Shown: positions 62,401 to 64,000 of the stretch, piece after piece | Layout: each line of letters starts with the position of its first letter | How positions within the stretch are numbered: the first letter of the stretch is position 1 | DNA from: Trichosphaerium sp. ATCC 40318 | Taxonomy: Eukaryota > Protista > Tubulinea | Assembly: GCA_038496445.1 (NCBI GenBank) | Contig: JALMLS010000326.1 | Coordinates: 1-64,000 of the forward strand | Direction: 5' to 3' | DNA length: 64,000 nucleotides | Position numbers and translations under genes: made by a program | The notes under the pieces: generated by a model | The model's database searches: none | Seen by the model: the letters and a program-made list of their open reading frames with translations, nothing else | What the model was told of the DNA's origin: nothing

Positions 62401-64000
62401 TTGTTTTGAAGCTTGCTTGAGGACTTATTCTTTTATGTAGTTCTAAAAACGTCTTTTCTCTTCTGAGATACCCATTTTTGCTTACCCCTGTCGCTAAAAC
62501 GGAGATTCTACGGTACGACGCCGCAGAACAAATGAAACTCCAAATACAAGTACGGAAATAAACAACCTCACTTACACGTGCTTAAAATTGTGATTGCTAG
62601 AACACTATACATGATGCTATTCGCTCAGGATTTGTTCAGAATCCTTTCCTAGTATTTTCCGTGCGAAGGGATCATATTATTCAAGACACACTCAACATGG
62701 TACGCATACTAAAGTCACCTACCTTGAATTGTATTGATATCCTGTTAGTTGGCATCTCTTGGACCAAATGATCTAAAAAAACAACTTAAAGTTAGTTTCA
62801 CTGGAGAAGAAGGAGTAGACGAAGGTGGACTTGCAAAAGAGTTTTTCCAGCTCGTCACACAACAACTTTTTGACCCAAAGTTTGGTATGCTATTGTCTTG
62901 ATTTCTTATTCTTATCCTCTCTCAGGAATGTTCATCGACATCAAAGAAACACAACGCCAATGGTACGAAGTTATAGCATCAACACCACGTTTCGAAGCCA
63001 TTTTTTTTACTAATTGTGGTTGTAGGATAAACGCGAACTCTTTGGAAACAGATGTTGAGTTTAGACTGATTGGGATGGTTATTGGTCTTGCTATATACAA
63101 TGGTGTCATTATAAACGTTAATTTCCCACTTGCTATTTACAAGAAACTTCTTAATATACCATTGAAATTCCAAGATTTGCTTGCAACCTTTCCGGTACTG
63201 ATTTTTCTCTGATTTGCTTTTTTTGTTAACTGTTTCGATCTTAGGTAATTGGTAATAGTCTTAAGAAACTTTTGGAATACCCTGGGGACGATGTGGAAGA
63301 TGTGTTCGGCATTGACTTCTGGTATGTTTTTTTCTTTCAAAAAAAAAATTGTTCACGTGTTTTTTTTCTTCTTTAGTGCAGAGTACACAGGTCTCTTTGG
63401 AGAATCCGGATTTTACGAATTAAAACCAAATGGTAAAGAAATACCAGTCACTAATGCAAACCGTCAAGGTACGATTATTGACTGAGTTTTGTAAAGAGCT
63501 AATTTCTTGTTTTTTTCTTAGAATTTGTTGATCTGTACACAAAGTGGCTTCTTAATGACCACATCAACAAACAATTCACCGCCTTTGCGCAAGGATTCAC
63601 ACAAGTTGTTGGTGGAGAGCCTTTTAACGTGAGTTACAAAAAGAAGTTGCAGGTCACAGAATAATTAATCACTAGATGTTCCGACCTGAAGAATTAGATT
63701 TGTGCGTTTGTGGAGATCGCACCGCCGAGATTGATGTTAACGAAATGGAAAGATGTGCCAAGTATGACGTACGCCAATGATCTCACCTAATAGAAACAAT
63801 ATGAATTCTGTAAATAGGGAGGATACAGTAAAAGTAGCAGCGCCATTAAGATGTTTTGGGAGATTCTACGAAATTTTTCACCAGCAGAGTTAAGAAACTT
63901 TTTGCTATTCACCACTGGCTCTGATAGGTAATGGCTCTCTATTTTAAATAGTAACGTATTACTAACTCATCAAATAGAATTCCTATCATGGGTATATCAT
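59425..64000 (+). CDS. Small HERC-type E3 ubiquitin ligase (RCC1 repeats plus HECT), 3'-incomplete
   Basis: [17 protein letters not shown]|[13 protein letters not shown]; [47 protein letters not shown]. Confidence 0.95.

Overview
Gene-dense, AT-rich eukaryotic DNA with many short (mostly ~40-60 nt) spliceosomal introns. The gene content is compatible with an amoeboid protist (inference). Most supplied ORFs are exon fragments or shadow frames, so the gene models below were spliced by eye. Bases 1-2928 are a near-identical inverted copy of 9869-12802 (PEBP gene plus the 5' part of a URB2-like gene). Between the arms lie the rest of URB2 and a repeat island (2929-~6110) containing a CAGTGGTGGAAT-ended MITE family, a 35-bp satellite, a tRNA-like insert and two tail-to-tail L1/Tx1-type retrotransposon remnants. 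The rest of the window encodes, in order: PH-domain acidic protein, beta-sandwich+IPT putative transcription factor, helical-repeat protein with a C-terminal Vsr/DUF559-like nuclease, PHD-winged-helix protein, F-box/Cys-rich protein, Kelch protein, C2-like/repeat hypothetical, PB1-UBA (p62-like) protein, ZIP transporter, Diaphanous-type formin, TMEM145/GPR180-like protein, UTP20, atypical Rho GTPase, secreted HEXXH metallopeptidase-like protein, LRR pseudogene, F-box/propeller protein, a nuclease-less paralog of the repeat protein, DHHC palmitoyltransferase and a 3'-incomplete RCC1-HECT (small HERC) ligase. Best novelty candidates: the modular repeat family with and without nuclease, the COE/Spt23/Rel-like factor, and the conserved DLYFEL tail of the retrotransposon. 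All family calls come from motif recognition; no searches were run.
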